A DNA stretch of 64,000 nt from Tagaea sp. GTDB taxonomy: Bacteria > Pseudomonadota > Alphaproteobacteria > CACIAM-22H2. Under the pieces are notes generated by a model. That model was not told where the DNA came from and ran no database searches. It saw nothing but the letters and a program-made list of their open reading frames with translations. Position 1 is the first letter of the stretch. Every line of letters starts with the position of its first letter. This document shows positions 9,903 to 19,820 of this stretch, in pieces. The translations under genes and the position numbers were made by a program. The stretch covers positions 224,001 through 288,000 of the forward strand of contig CBDIIB010000005.1 in assembly GCA_965279525.1 (NCBI GenBank). The letters run 5' to 3'.

Positions 9903-11114
9903 ATGATGTACGCCCTCTACCAGTCCACCGTCGACGTCATGCGCCCGATGCGGGCCTGGGCAGCGGCTGCCGGCCGGGGATTTTCGCTGGGCAGTGCTGA
10001 AAGCTCCGAGCGGTGGCGGGCGATCAGCGCGCTTTGCGAGATGATGAGCCGGGCGGCCTTCAGCCACCGCCGGCCCGACTTCGATATCGACGAGGTCGTG
10101 TGCGGCAACGAGGCGGTGCCGGTCACGGAAGAAGTCGTGATGGCGACGCCGTTCTCGACCCTGCTGCGCTTCGCCAAGGAAGGTGCTCCGGTACAGCCCA
10201 AGGTGCTGCTGGTGGTGCCGCTTTCGGGGCACTTCGCCACGCTGCTGCGCGAGACGATCCGCGTGCTGCTGCCCGACCACGACGTCCACATCACCGACTG
10301 GGCCAACGCGCGCGACGTCGACATCGGGTACGGCCGCTTCGGATTCGACGAATATGTCGAACACATCATGCTGTTTCTCGAGAAGATGGGCCCGGGCACG
10401 CACGTCGTCGCGGTCTGCCAGCCTTGCGTGCAGACGCTGGCCGCCGCCGCCCTGATGGCCGAGGACGACAATCCGGCCCAGCCGCGCAGCATCACGCTGA
10501 TGGCGGGGCCGGTCGACTGCCGCGTCAATCCGACCAAGGTGAACAAGCTTGCCACGAGCAAGCCGATGTCCTGGTTCGAGACCAACCTGATCAGCCGCGT
10601 TCCGCTAAGCCACCCCGGCGCCCTGCGGCGGGTCTATCCGGGCTTCCTGCAGCTCACGGCCTTCATGAGCATGAACGCCGAGCGCCACATCAAGGCGCAG
10701 GGCGACCTGCTGCGCGCACTCGCCAAGGGCGACCACGCGCAGGCCAACACGATAAAGACCTTCTACGACGAGTATTTCGCCGTGCTCGACATGACGGCCG
10801 AGTTCTATCTCGAGACGGTCGAGCGCGTGTTCCAGAAATACCTGCTCGCCAAGGGCGAGCTCGAATGGCGGGGGCGCAAGGTCGATACCAAGGCGATCCG
10901 CCGCTCCGCACTGTTCACGGTCGAGGGCGAGCGCGACGACATCTGCGCGATCGGGCAGACCCTGGCGGCCCACGACCTCTGTTCCAGCCTGCGTCCCTAT
11001 CGCAAGAAGCACTACATGCAGGCCGGCGTCGGGCACTACGGCGTCTTCGCCGGAAAGCGCTGGGCCGGACAGATCTATCCTCTGGTGCGCAACACGATCC
11101 TGGCCAACGAATAG
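9903..11114 (+). CDS. phaZ: Intracellular polyhydroxyalkanoate depolymerase
   Basis: PLSGHFATLLR, ITDW, AVCQP (Cys nucleophile), VYPGFLQL, EGERDDI, GHYGVF; start uncertain (9876, 9903 or 9906). Confidence 0.93.
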   Translation: MMYALYQSTVDVMRPMRAWAAAAGRGFSLGSAESSERWRAISALCEMMSRAAFSHRRPDFDIDEVVCGNEAVPVTEEVVMATPFSTLLRFAKEGAPVQPKVLLVVPLSGHFATLLRETIRVLLPDHDVHITDWANARDVDIGYGRFGFDEYVEHIMLFLEKMGPGTHVVAVCQPCVQTLAAAALMAEDDNPAQPRSITLMAGPVDCRVNPTKVNKLATSKPMSWFETNLISRVPLSHPGALRRVYPGFLQLTAFMSMNAERHIKAQGDLLRALAKGDHAQANTIKTFYDEYFAVLDMTAEFYLETVERVFQKYLLAKGELEWRGRKVDTKAIRRSALFTVEGERDDICAIGQTLAAHDLCSSLRPYRKKHYMQAGVGHYGVFAGKRWAGQIYPLVRNTILANE

Positions 11115-11235
11115 CGGCACTTCTTTAGTGCATCTGCAAAATATTCAGGCGCTGCCGGTTCGCTTCAGTTCACAGATACAAAAATAAGGCAATTTTTTCA
11201 TACGGTTGCACATTATTTGACGTTGCATATAGACT

Positions 11236-11250
11236 TTGTGCGCTGCACAA
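11236..11250. promoter_or_regulatory. Putative PhaR operator
   Basis: Palindrome TTGTGC-GCT-GCACAA containing TGC-N3-GCA, in an AT-rich intergenic region. Confidence 0.55.
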
Positions 11251-11271
11251 TAATTTGAGACGCCGGAGCGA

Positions 11272-12405
11272 ATGGAGAGTGCCATGAGCGTGCATGCTGC
11301 GGTCGATTTCAAATTGCACGGACTTGCGCGCCCGGCTGGCGATCCTCTCCGCCTGAACCGGCAGGATTTCATCGCCATCGACCGCAACAGGGATGCCGAG
11401 TACACGGCCACATACCGCCCGCAGGCACTCTACAACCGGGCCGAAAACGGTTTTCGCGCGAACAACGAGACCTTCCTGCTGCACGAGGTCGCCACCGACC
11501 TTCCGATCCACCATCCGGACACCGGCCCGACCGACTTCCATCTCCACCTTCCCCCGGGCGGCTTCCAGCTCGTACTGGTCACGTCGGGCGTGTTCGCCTT
11601 CGATTACGACGGGCGCGTCTGCTACGTCGGACCCGGTGCCGTGATGCTGCAAAGCGCCATCGTGCATCGCCAGCTTTTCTACACATGGTCGGGGATGCCG
11701 ACGGGCGAGAACCTGAAGACGCCGCAGACGGTCGTGCCGGAGCCGGTGGCACTGGGCTACTCCGGCAAGTTTCTCGAAGCCTTCATAACCGACCCGACGT
11801 GCTTCCCGAACCCGACGATCGTCGATACCGATCACATCGACGAAACCGAAACGCCGCACCTGGCGTGGAGCCATCGCCTGCACGATCGGCCACCGGGTGC
11901 CTGCTTCTGGCTCCAGGACCCGCTGGCGCTCGACGCGCTCTACAGGAAACTGCCGGACGCGGCCGTCTATGTCCGCGATCTGGGGATCGAGGCCCCGAGC
12001 GGCCACCTGGTGACAGGCCACATCATCGCGACGGATCCGCGCGGCCAGTCGCTGCTGCCGAAAAGCAGCGCAGGTCCGGCGGACACTGCGGATTTCGCGA
12101 AGGGCGAAGTCGTCATCTATCGCGTCATCCGCGGCTCGGCGACGTTCAAGGATCGCGACGGGAAGGATTTCGAGCTTGCGACGGGCGATTCGGTCACGGC
12201 CGGCAGGAACGCGATCGAGCTCGTCCGTCTCGACGAGAACACGCAGGTCCTGCGCCTCGGCCTTCTGGACGGCATGGAGAAGCTTCGCGGCTGGACGCCG
12301 GCACAGCGCGACGAGATCGACGGTCTCGGCGGCCGGATCATCGCGCGCAAGGAAGTCCGTCCCCGACGGACTGAAGGCGAGCCGATCGGATATCTTTACG
12401 GATAG
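11272..12405 (+). CDS. Hypothetical protein with cupin-like domain(s)
   Basis: FHLH...FQLVLVTSG...FDY...GAVMLQ...HRQ cupin signature; degenerate second barrel (VIRGSATF...ELATGDSV); start may be 11284. Confidence 0.7.
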   Translation: MESAMSVHAAVDFKLHGLARPAGDPLRLNRQDFIAIDRNRDAEYTATYRPQALYNRAENGFRANNETFLLHEVATDLPIHHPDTGPTDFHLHLPPGGFQLVLVTSGVFAFDYDGRVCYVGPGAVMLQSAIVHRQLFYTWSGMPTGENLKTPQTVVPEPVALGYSGKFLEAFITDPTCFPNPTIVDTDHIDETETPHLAWSHRLHDRPPGACFWLQDPLALDALYRKLPDAAVYVRDLGIEAPSGHLVTGHIIATDPRGQSLLPKSSAGPADTADFAKGEVVIYRVIRGSATFKDRDGKDFELATGDSVTAGRNAIELVRLDENTQVLRLGLLDGMEKLRGWTPAQRDEIDGLGGRIIARKEVRPRRTEGEPIGYLYG

Positions 12406-12417
12406 CGGTCCGCCGCC

Positions 12418-14127
12418 CTAGCCAGGCCTGCGGTGCCCCGGCAGCGGCGTCTTGCGCAGGAAGTTGAAGTCGCAGCCGTGCTCGGCCTGCAGGACCTCGT
12501 CAAAATAGAGCCCGTAATAGCCGCGTTCGGGTTGCGCCGGTGCGGACCAACCCTTGCGGCGTTCGGCGAGCGTCGCCGCGTCGACGCGAAGCTCGATGGT
12601 GCCCGCTTCCACGTCGAGCGCGATGCGGTCGCCGTCGCGCACAAGCGCCAGCGGTCCGCCGTCGGCGCATTCGGGGCTGACATGCAGCACGATCGTGCCG
12701 AAGGCCGTGCCGCTCATGCGCGCGTCGGACAGGCGCACCATGTCGGTGACGCCGGCGGCGGCAAGCTTCTTCGGGATCGGCAGGTAGCCCGCCTCCGGCA
12801 TGCCCGGTGCGCCCTTCGGGCCGGCGTTCTGCAGGACGAGCACGTCGTCTGCCGTCACATCCAGATCCGGGCTGTCGACGCGGTCGGCCATGTCGGCCAG
12901 CGACGTGAACACGACCGCGCGACCCTCGTGCTTCAGCAGCCGCTTCGTGGCGGCCGCCTGCTTGATGAGCGCACCGTTGGGCGCAAGGTTGCCGCGCAGC
13001 ACGCGCAGCCCGCCGCCCTTGTGGATCGGGTCCAAGACTGACCGGACCACGTCCTGCTTCCAGCCGGGTGGCGTACGCGGGATCGTCGATGCCAGCGTCC
13101 CGCCGGTGACAGTAAGGCAGTCGGTATTCAGGTCTGCCTCGATCTCGCGCAGGATCGGACCGAGCCCGCCGACCTTGTGCAGGTCCTCCATGTAATGCTG
13201 GCCCGAGGGCTTGAGGTCGACGAGCACGGGCGTTTCCACGCCCATCCGGTCGAACGCGGCATAGTCGATATCGATGCCCAGTCGCCCGGCCATCGCCGCA
13301 AGGTGGATGAGCCCGTTGGTCGAACCGCCGATCGCCTGCAGCACGCGCAACGCGTTGTCGAAGGATTCCTTCGTCATGATCTTCGAGGGCCGCAGGTCCT
13401 CCTTGGCCATCGCGACGGCGCGTGCGCCGGTCGCCTCGCCGTGGCGCAGGCGGTCGGCGTGGACCGCCGGGATGCACGCGCCACCGGGAAGCATCATGCC
13501 CAGCGCTTCGGCGCACAGCGCCATCGTGCTGGCCGTTCCCATGACCATGCAGGTCCCGGGGCCGGGGGCGAGCTGGTCGTTGATCTCGTCGATCTCCGCC
13601 TGGTCGATCTGCCCCGCCCGGTGCTTGCCCCACAGGCGGCGGCAGTCGGTGCACGCCCCCAGCCGCTCGCCCTTGTGGCTGCCGGTGATCATCGGCCCGG
13701 TCACGGTCAGGATCGCCGGCACGTCGGCGCTGGCCGCCCCCATCAGCAGGGCCGGCACCGTCTTGTCGCAGCCGCCGATCAGCACGACGGCATCCATGGG
13801 CTGGGCGCGGATCATCTCCTCGGCCGCCATCGCCATCAGGTTGCGCAGGAACATGCTGGTCGGGTGCGAGAAGGATTCGTGGATCGAGATGATCGGAAAG
13901 TCGATCGGCAGCCCGCCCGCCAGCATCACGCCGCGCTTGATCGCGTCGATCAGCTCGGGGACGTTGCGGTGGCAGGCGTTGTACGAGGAATAGGTATCGG
14001 TGATGCCGACGATCGGCCGGTCGAGCGCATCGTCGGAATAGCCCATCGCCTTGATGAAGGCCTTGCGCAAGAACAGCGAGAAACCCGCATCGCCGTACTG
14101 CGCCAGCCCTTTCTTCATGCCTTTCAT
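12418..14127 (-). CDS. IlvD/Edd family dehydratase
   Basis: NACH, GGCDKT, CMVMGTASTM, GGSTN, GPKGAPGMPE, SDARMSGT; probably a sugar-acid dehydratase-type paralogue. Confidence 0.92.
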   Translation of the reverse strand: MKGMKKGLAQYGDAGFSLFLRKAFIKAMGYSDDALDRPIVGITDTYSSYNACHRNVPELIDAIKRGVMLAGGLPIDFPIISIHESFSHPTSMFLRNLMAMAAEEMIRAQPMDAVVLIGGCDKTVPALLMGAASADVPAILTVTGPMITGSHKGERLGACTDCRRLWGKHRAGQIDQAEIDEINDQLAPGPGTCMVMGTASTMALCAEALGMMLPGGACIPAVHADRLRHGEATGARAVAMAKEDLRPSKIMTKESFDNALRVLQAIGGSTNGLIHLAAMAGRLGIDIDYAAFDRMGVETPVLVDLKPSGQHYMEDLHKVGGLGPILREIEADLNTDCLTVTGGTLASTIPRTPPGWKQDVVRSVLDPIHKGGGLRVLRGNLAPNGALIKQAAATKRLLKHEGRAVVFTSLADMADRVDSPDLDVTADDVLVLQNAGPKGAPGMPEAGYLPIPKKLAAAGVTDMVRLSDARMSGTAFGTIVLHVSPECADGGPLALVRDGDRIALDVEAGTIELRVDAATLAERRKGWSAPAQPERGYYGLYFDEVLQAEHGCDFNFLRKTPLPGHRRPG

Positions 14128-14289
14128 GACGTTGCTCGCTTTCCTTGCCGGCCGCAGCGGGCCCCGATGGGTAGATTCCGGCCCTGCCGGTGCCAGTGGC
14201 AAACCGCCATGTTCGGGCGTCGGGCGGGTCGAATTCCCGGTCGACTGCGACGGCCCCGGAAAGGGCCGAACTCTGTCGGAGACGCGAAA

Positions 14290-14850
14290 ATGCCCGTGAA
14301 CGATTCGGTCGTGGCGATATACGAGACGCACGACGGCGCCGAAACGGGCGTGCGGCGCCTGTCGGCTGCCGGATTCGACATGGAAGACCTCAGCATCGTG
14401 GGCAAAGGATACCATACCGAGGAGAAAGTGGTCGGCTTCTACAATGTCGGCGAACGTGTCGATCTGTGGGCGAAGCGCGGCGCCTATTGGGGCGGCATGT
14501 GCGGCCTCTTTATCGCCGGCATGACGGTCACGATCCCCGCCGTCGGCGGCGTCGTCGTCCTCGGGTTCCTGACGTCCGCCTTGTCGGCGACGCTGCAAGG
14601 CGCGCTCGTGGCCGGCGGCGTCAGCGCGCTGGGTGCGGCATTCTACAGCGTCGGCATTCCGGAGGATTCAGTGATCGAATACGAGACGGCACTGAAGGCG
14701 GACCGTTTTCTCGTCCTGGTCAACGGCGATGCCGAGGCGATCGCGCGCGCGGACGCCGTGCTCTCCGGATCGAACCTCATCCGCATCCACCGGCATGCGA
14801 ATGCCGGGACCGGCGAGCGGAACGGAAAGCTCCTTTCCATCACGGCCTGA
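14290..14850 (+). CDS. General-stress-type membrane protein
   Basis: SVVAIY...A..GVRRL...GF....LSIVGK; Gly-rich hydrophobic core; GIPEDSVIEYETALKADRFLVLV. Confidence 0.75.
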   Translation: MPVNDSVVAIYETHDGAETGVRRLSAAGFDMEDLSIVGKGYHTEEKVVGFYNVGERVDLWAKRGAYWGGMCGLFIAGMTVTIPAVGGVVVLGFLTSALSATLQGALVAGGVSALGAAFYSVGIPEDSVIEYETALKADRFLVLVNGDAEAIARADAVLSGSNLIRIHRHANAGTGERNGKLLSITA

Positions 14851-14866
14851 AATCCCGGGCCGGCGC

Positions 14867-16486
14867 TCAAATGTGCAGGCCGGGCGCTTCCTGGCCGGTG
14901 CGGGCCACGTATTCGGTATAGCCGCCGTCGTAGCGGTGGATGCCTTCGGGCGTCAGTTCGAGCACGCGGTTGGAGAGTGCGGCGAGGAAGCGCCGGTCGT
15001 GCGAGACGAACAGCATCGTGCCCTCGTAGTCCGACAGGGCCGCGATCAGCATCTCCTTGGTCGCCATGTCGAGATGGTTGGTCGGCTCGTCGAGCACCAG
15101 GAAGTTCGGCGGATCGTAGAGCATCTTCGCCATCACGAGGCGCGCCTTCTCGCCGCCCGACAGCACGCGGCACTTCTTCTCCACCTCGTCGCCGGAAAAT
15201 CCGAAGCAGCCCGCAAGCGTGCGCAGCGACCCCTGGCCCGCGCGCGGGAACGAGTCCTCCAGCGATTCGAAGACCGTGCGGTCTCCGTCCAGCAGGTCCA
15301 TCGCGTGCTGCGCGAAATAGCCCATCTTGACGCTGCCGCCGATCGCCACGCTGCCCTCGTCGGGCTTCGTGGCGCCGGCGACGAGCTTCAGCAGCGTGGA
15401 CTTGCCCGCCCCATTGACGCCGAGCACGCAGCAGCGCTCCCGGCGACGGACCGTATAGTCGAGCGCCTCGTAGATGATCCGGTCGCCGTAGCGCTTGTGG
15501 ACGTTGCGCAGATTGACCACGTCGTCGCCCGAGCGTGGCGCCGGCATGAAATCGAACGACACAGTCTGGCGGCGCTTGGGCGGTTCGACCCGGTCGATCT
15601 TCTCGAGCTTCTTGACGCGGCTCTGCACCTGGGCGGCGTGCGAGGCGCGCGCCTTGAACCGCTCGATGAACTTGATCTCCTTGGCAAGCATCGCCTGCTG
15701 GCGCTCGAACTGGGCCTGTTGCTGCTTTTCGTTCTGCGCGCGCTGCATCTCGTAGAATTCGTAGTCGCCCGAGTACGTCGTCAGCGTGCCGCCGTCGATC
15801 TCGATCACCTTCGTGACGATGCGGTTCATGAACTCGCGGTCGTGCGAGGTCATCATCAAGGCACCGTCATAGCCCTTGAGGAACGCCTCGAGCCAGATGA
15901 GGCTTTCGAGATCGAGATGGTTGCTCGGCTCGTCGAGCAGCATCACGTCCGGGCGCATCAGCAGGATGCGGGCCAGCGCCACGCGCATCTTCCAGCCGCC
16001 CGACAGGGCGCCCACGTCGCCGTCCATCATCTCCTGGCTGAAGCTGAGGCCGGCGAGCGTCTCGCGCGCGCGGCTCTCCAGCGCGTAGCCGCCCAGTTCC
16101 TCGAAGCGGGCCTGCACCTCGCCGAAGCGTTCGAGGACCTGCTCGAAATCGTCGGCGTCCGGATCGGCCATGCGGGCCTCGAGCGCCTTCAGCTCGGCCG
16201 CCACGCCGCTTACGGCACCGGCCCCGTCCATCACCTCGGCAACGGCGCTGCGCCCCGACATCTCGCCCACGTCTTGGCTGAAATAGCCGATGGAGATGCC
16301 GCGGTCGGTCGAGACCTGACCCTCGTCGGGCTGCTCGCGCCCGGCGATCATGCGGAAGATCGTCGTCTTGCCGGCCCCGTTGGGACCGACGAGCCCGACC
16401 TTCTCGCCCTTGAGGAGGGCGGCCGACGCCTCGATGAAAAGAAGCTGCTGGCCGTTCTGCTTGCTGATGTTGTCGAGGCGAATCAT
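14867..16486 (-). CDS. ABC-F family ATPase
   Basis: Two NBDs (GPNGAGKT, LSGGWKM, LDEPSNHLD; GVNGAGKS, LSGGEK, LDEPTNHLD) with a linker; no TM segments. Confidence 0.95.
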   Translation of the reverse strand: MIRLDNISKQNGQQLLFIEASAALLKGEKVGLVGPNGAGKTTIFRMIAGREQPDEGQVSTDRGISIGYFSQDVGEMSGRSAVAEVMDGAGAVSGVAAELKALEARMADPDADDFEQVLERFGEVQARFEELGGYALESRARETLAGLSFSQEMMDGDVGALSGGWKMRVALARILLMRPDVMLLDEPSNHLDLESLIWLEAFLKGYDGALMMTSHDREFMNRIVTKVIEIDGGTLTTYSGDYEFYEMQRAQNEKQQQAQFERQQAMLAKEIKFIERFKARASHAAQVQSRVKKLEKIDRVEPPKRRQTVSFDFMPAPRSGDDVVNLRNVHKRYGDRIIYEALDYTVRRRERCCVLGVNGAGKSTLLKLVAGATKPDEGSVAIGGSVKMGYFAQHAMDLLDGDRTVFESLEDSFPRAGQGSLRTLAGCFGFSGDEVEKKCRVLSGGEKARLVMAKMLYDPPNFLVLDEPTNHLDMATKEMLIAALSDYEGTMLFVSHDRRFLAALSNRVLELTPEGIHRYDGGYTEYVARTGQEAPGLHI

Positions 16487-16553
16487 GCGTTCCTGCACTC
16501 CAAGGCGCGGAACTTAGACAGTCGGGCCCGAGCCCGTCCATTCCTTTAAGCGG

Positions 16554-17642
16554 TCAGGCGGCGCGTGCCAGCATCCCGCCGGGCATCGGATGCGGGACGC
16601 CCGTGGTGGTGGGAAGGCTCAGCGGCAGCCCGCGCAGCGAGCGCACGGCGAGGAAGGCGAAGAGTTCGGCTTCGAGATCGTCGCCGTTCCAGCCCACCGC
16701 CTCGACCGGATCGACCGGCACGCCGAGCCGGCGGGCAAGCCCGGTCATGAACACGCCATTGAGCCGCCCGCCGCCGGTCACCAGCCAGCGCCCCGGTGCT
16801 GCCGGAACATGTGCAAGGGCGGCGGCGGCGGCCTCGATCGTGAAGGCGGCGAGCGTGGCGGCCCCGTCGGCGTCGTCGAGCGCTTCGACGATCTTCGCGC
16901 GCGCGTGGAAATCGTTGCGGTCGAGCGATTTCGGCGGCCTCGCCGCGAAAAACGGATTGGCCATCAGCCCGGCAAGCACGCCGTCGTCGACGCGGCCGGA
17001 CGCGGCAAGCCGGCCGCCCTCGTCGAACGGCTGGCCGCGCCGGCGGCGCACGAAATCGTCGAGCAGGGCCGATGCGGGGCCGGTATCGAACGCGATCGTC
17101 GCTTCGGCATCCACGTAGGTGACGTTGCCCACGCCGCCCAGATTGAGGACCATTACCGGCTTGGCAAGATCCGCCGCGAGTGCGCGATGATAAAGCGGTG
17201 CGAACGGCGCGCCCTGCCCGCCCGCCGCCACGTCGGCGTCGCGAAAGCGCGTGACGACGTCGATGCCGAGTGCGCGTGCCGCGCGCTGCCCGTCGCAGAG
17301 CTGGCGGGTGAAGCGGCGCTCCGGCCGGTGCCAGACGGTCTGCCCGTGCATCCCCACGACCGTCACGTCGCGCCGGTCGATCGCGAAATCGGCGATCAAC
17401 GCCTCGATGGCCCCGACATGGGCGTCGGTCACGCGGGCTTCCAGTTCGGTCAGCGGATCGCGCTCGGCCAAGGCCGGATCGCGCAGAAAGTCGAGGAGTT
17501 CGGCGCGTAGCGCCGCCGGATAGGGATAGGACCGCCCGATGCCCGGCCGCTCGACGCGCTCGCCGTCAGTCGACAGGCACGCGACGTCGATCCCGTCCAT
17601 CGACGTGCCGCTGATGACGCCGATCGCGAAGACTTTTGTCAT
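16554..17642 (-). CDS. anmK: Anhydro-N-acetylmuramic acid kinase
   Basis: SGTSMDGID, HGQTVWH, DVAAGGQGAP, NLGGVGN, FDTGP. Confidence 0.95.
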   Translation of the reverse strand: MTKVFAIGVISGTSMDGIDVACLSTDGERVERPGIGRSYPYPAALRAELLDFLRDPALAERDPLTELEARVTDAHVGAIEALIADFAIDRRDVTVVGMHGQTVWHRPERRFTRQLCDGQRAARALGIDVVTRFRDADVAAGGQGAPFAPLYHRALAADLAKPVMVLNLGGVGNVTYVDAEATIAFDTGPASALLDDFVRRRRGQPFDEGGRLAASGRVDDGVLAGLMANPFFAARPPKSLDRNDFHARAKIVEALDDADGAATLAAFTIEAAAAALAHVPAAPGRWLVTGGGRLNGVFMTGLARRLGVPVDPVEAVGWNGDDLEAELFAFLAVRSLRGLPLSLPTTTGVPHPMPGGMLARAA

Positions 17643-18532
17643 TTCGACACCGCGTGCATCGCGGCGAGTGCCGCACGCAGGTTGCCGCGATGGCGCTTCA
17701 GCAGGGTGCGTGCGCCGGCAAGTCCGATGCCCGCGCGCAGCAGGACAGCCAGCTTGATGTCGCCGCCGGCTGCGTCGAGCGCCTTTTGCGCCTGCGCCGC
17801 TGTCCCGCCGCCGAGGTCGGCGACCATTGCCGCGGCACGCAGACGAAGCTTGGCGTTGGACGGCCGCATGTTGACCATGAGCCCGCGATGGACGCGGCCC
17901 AGCCGCACCATGATGGCGCTCGACATGAGGTTCAGCGCCGCCTTCTGGGCGGTGCCGGCCTTCATGCGCGTGGAGCCCGCGATGACTTCGCCGCCGGTCT
18001 CCAGGAGGACCGGATATGCCGCGGCCTTGAGAAGCGGGGTGCCCGGATTGTTCGCGATTGCTATCGTGACGGCCTTGCGTACCCGTGCGGCCCGCAAGGC
18101 GGCAAGCGTGAACGGCGTGCGCCCGCTTGCCGCGACGCCGATGACCACGTCCGCCGGCCGGACGCGGGCGGCCGAAATCGCGCGCGCACCGGCGCGCGCG
18201 TCGTCTTCGGCACCTTCGGCGCTTTTCGTCATCGCGCGGGGCCCGCCGGCCAAGACGAAGACGAGGCGCTTTTCCGGCCAGCCGAATGTCGGCGGCAGCT
18301 CCGCCCCGTCCTGCACGGCGATGCGGCCCGACGTGCCGGCACCGACATAGATCAGGCGACCCTTCTCCCCAAGCGTCGCGACCGCGGCGGCCACCGCGCG
18401 CGCGATGGCCGGCAGCGCCGGACGGACGGACGCGACGGCAGCCGCCTGGCCCTCCCACATGGCTTCGAGCGCCTCGGCGACGGGCCAGGCGTCGAGATCA
18501 AGAAAGCGGGTGTCCGGGTTTTCGGTCGTCAT
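17639..18532 (-). CDS. murQ: N-acetylmuramic acid 6-phosphate etherase
   Basis: YVGAGTSGR, AASGRTPF, GSTRMKAGTAQK, NAKLRLRA. Confidence 0.93.
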   Translation of the reverse strand: MTTENPDTRFLDLDAWPVAEALEAMWEGQAAAVASVRPALPAIARAVAAAVATLGEKGRLIYVGAGTSGRIAVQDGAELPPTFGWPEKRLVFVLAGGPRAMTKSAEGAEDDARAGARAISAARVRPADVVIGVAASGRTPFTLAALRAARVRKAVTIAIANNPGTPLLKAAAYPVLLETGGEVIAGSTRMKAGTAQKAALNLMSSAIMVRLGRVHRGLMVNMRPSNAKLRLRAAAMVADLGGGTAAQAQKALDAAGGDIKLAVLLRAGIGLAGARTLLKRHRGNLRAALAAMHAVSK

Positions 18533-18623
18533 GTCGGTGCCTGTGATCGTCCGGTACCGCAATATAGCGTTTCGCCGCTCGGGCAATATCTCTTTTGGCG
18601 CCATCTCATTCCGGGCTGGCGCA

Positions 18624-19820
18624 TCAGCGCTCCTCGGGCGGTTTCACGTGGCGGAACTGGCGCAGCAGCAGCAGGTCGTAGACGATCTTCAGCGTGCCGC
18701 AGATCACGAGCGGCCACGCCCGGTGCGCGGCGGCGAACAGCGCCCCTGCCAGTGCCGGGCTGAGTGCTGCGGCCAGGCTGCGCGGAACAGACGTGAAGCT
18801 CGCCGCCGCCGGGCGTTCGGCCGCGCTGACGACCGCCATCACGTAGGACGAGCGCGTCGGCACGTCCATCTGGGAAAGGGCCGCGCGCACGAGCAGCAGC
18901 GCCAGCGCGACCGGCAGCGTGGGCGCCAGTGCTGCGAGGATCAGCGCGATGCTGGCCGGGATGTGCGTGAACACCATCGTGTTGATGAGCCCGATGCGCG
19001 CCGACAGCCACGCGGCCACCGGGAACGAGAATGCCGCGAACACGCCCGACCAGAAGAAGAAAACGCCGGCCGCCGCGAGCGACATGTCGAACGTCTCGAA
19101 CAGCCACAAGGCGAGCAGCGACTGCACGACGAACCCGCCGGCGAAGGCATCGAGACTGAACAGGATGGCAAGGCGCACGACGATCGGGCGCGACGGACCG
19201 AGCGCCGGTGCCGGTCCGGATTCCGCCGCCGGCTCGCGCTGCGGGATGCGCGAATAGAGAAAGCCGCCCGCCACCCCCAGTACCGCATAGAGGACGAACA
19301 TTCCCTTGATCGCCGCCATCTCGCCGATGCCCAACGGCGCCAGCAGGTCGGGAACGGCGGCGGCAAGCGCGCCGACGGCACCGGCCAGCGCGCCGGCAAG
19401 GCTGTAGCGCGCGAACATCTTCGTACGGCCGGCATCGGTGACATGCCGGGAAAGGGCCGCATGCTCGAGCGGCACGAACACGCTGACGCTGCCGCCCGAC
19501 GGATTGACGGTGCCCGCGAAGGCGACGAGCAGCAGCAGCGCATAGTCGTGGACGAGCGACATCGCCACGCCGGTGGCGATCATCAGGCCGGCGGCGGCGA
19601 TCAGCAGACGGCGGGTGTCGTAGCGTCCGCCGACCATCCCGACGCCGATCGTCAGCAGCGCCGAGCCGAGCAGCGAAGCCGTCGCCACGACCCCGACCTG
19701 CAGCGTGTCGAGGCCGAGTGCGAGCAGATAGACCGGCAGAAGGACCGCCACGAAGCCGTCGGCGAAGTCGCGCAGCGCCCTCGCCGACAGCAGATACAGC
19801 AGCGGCCGGTCGGCCGTCAG
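18624..19820 (-). CDS. MFS transporter (start codon uncertain, possibly CTG)
   Basis: About 12 TM helices; ARALRDFADG, LDAFAGGF, RIGLINTMVFTH, SQMDVPTRSSY. Confidence 0.85.
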   Translation of the reverse strand: MTADRPLLYLLSARALRDFADGFVAVLLPVYLLALGLDTLQVGVVATASLLGSALLTIGVGMVGGRYDTRRLLIAAAGLMIATGVAMSLVHDYALLLLVAFAGTVNPSGGSVSVFVPLEHAALSRHVTDAGRTKMFARYSLAGALAGAVGALAAAVPDLLAPLGIGEMAAIKGMFVLYAVLGVAGGFLYSRIPQREPAAESGPAPALGPSRPIVVRLAILFSLDAFAGGFVVQSLLALWLFETFDMSLAAAGVFFFWSGVFAAFSFPVAAWLSARIGLINTMVFTHIPASIALILAALAPTLPVALALLLVRAALSQMDVPTRSSYVMAVVSAAERPAAASFTSVPRSLAAALSPALAGALFAAAHRAWPLVICGTLKIVYDLLLLRQFRHVKPPEER

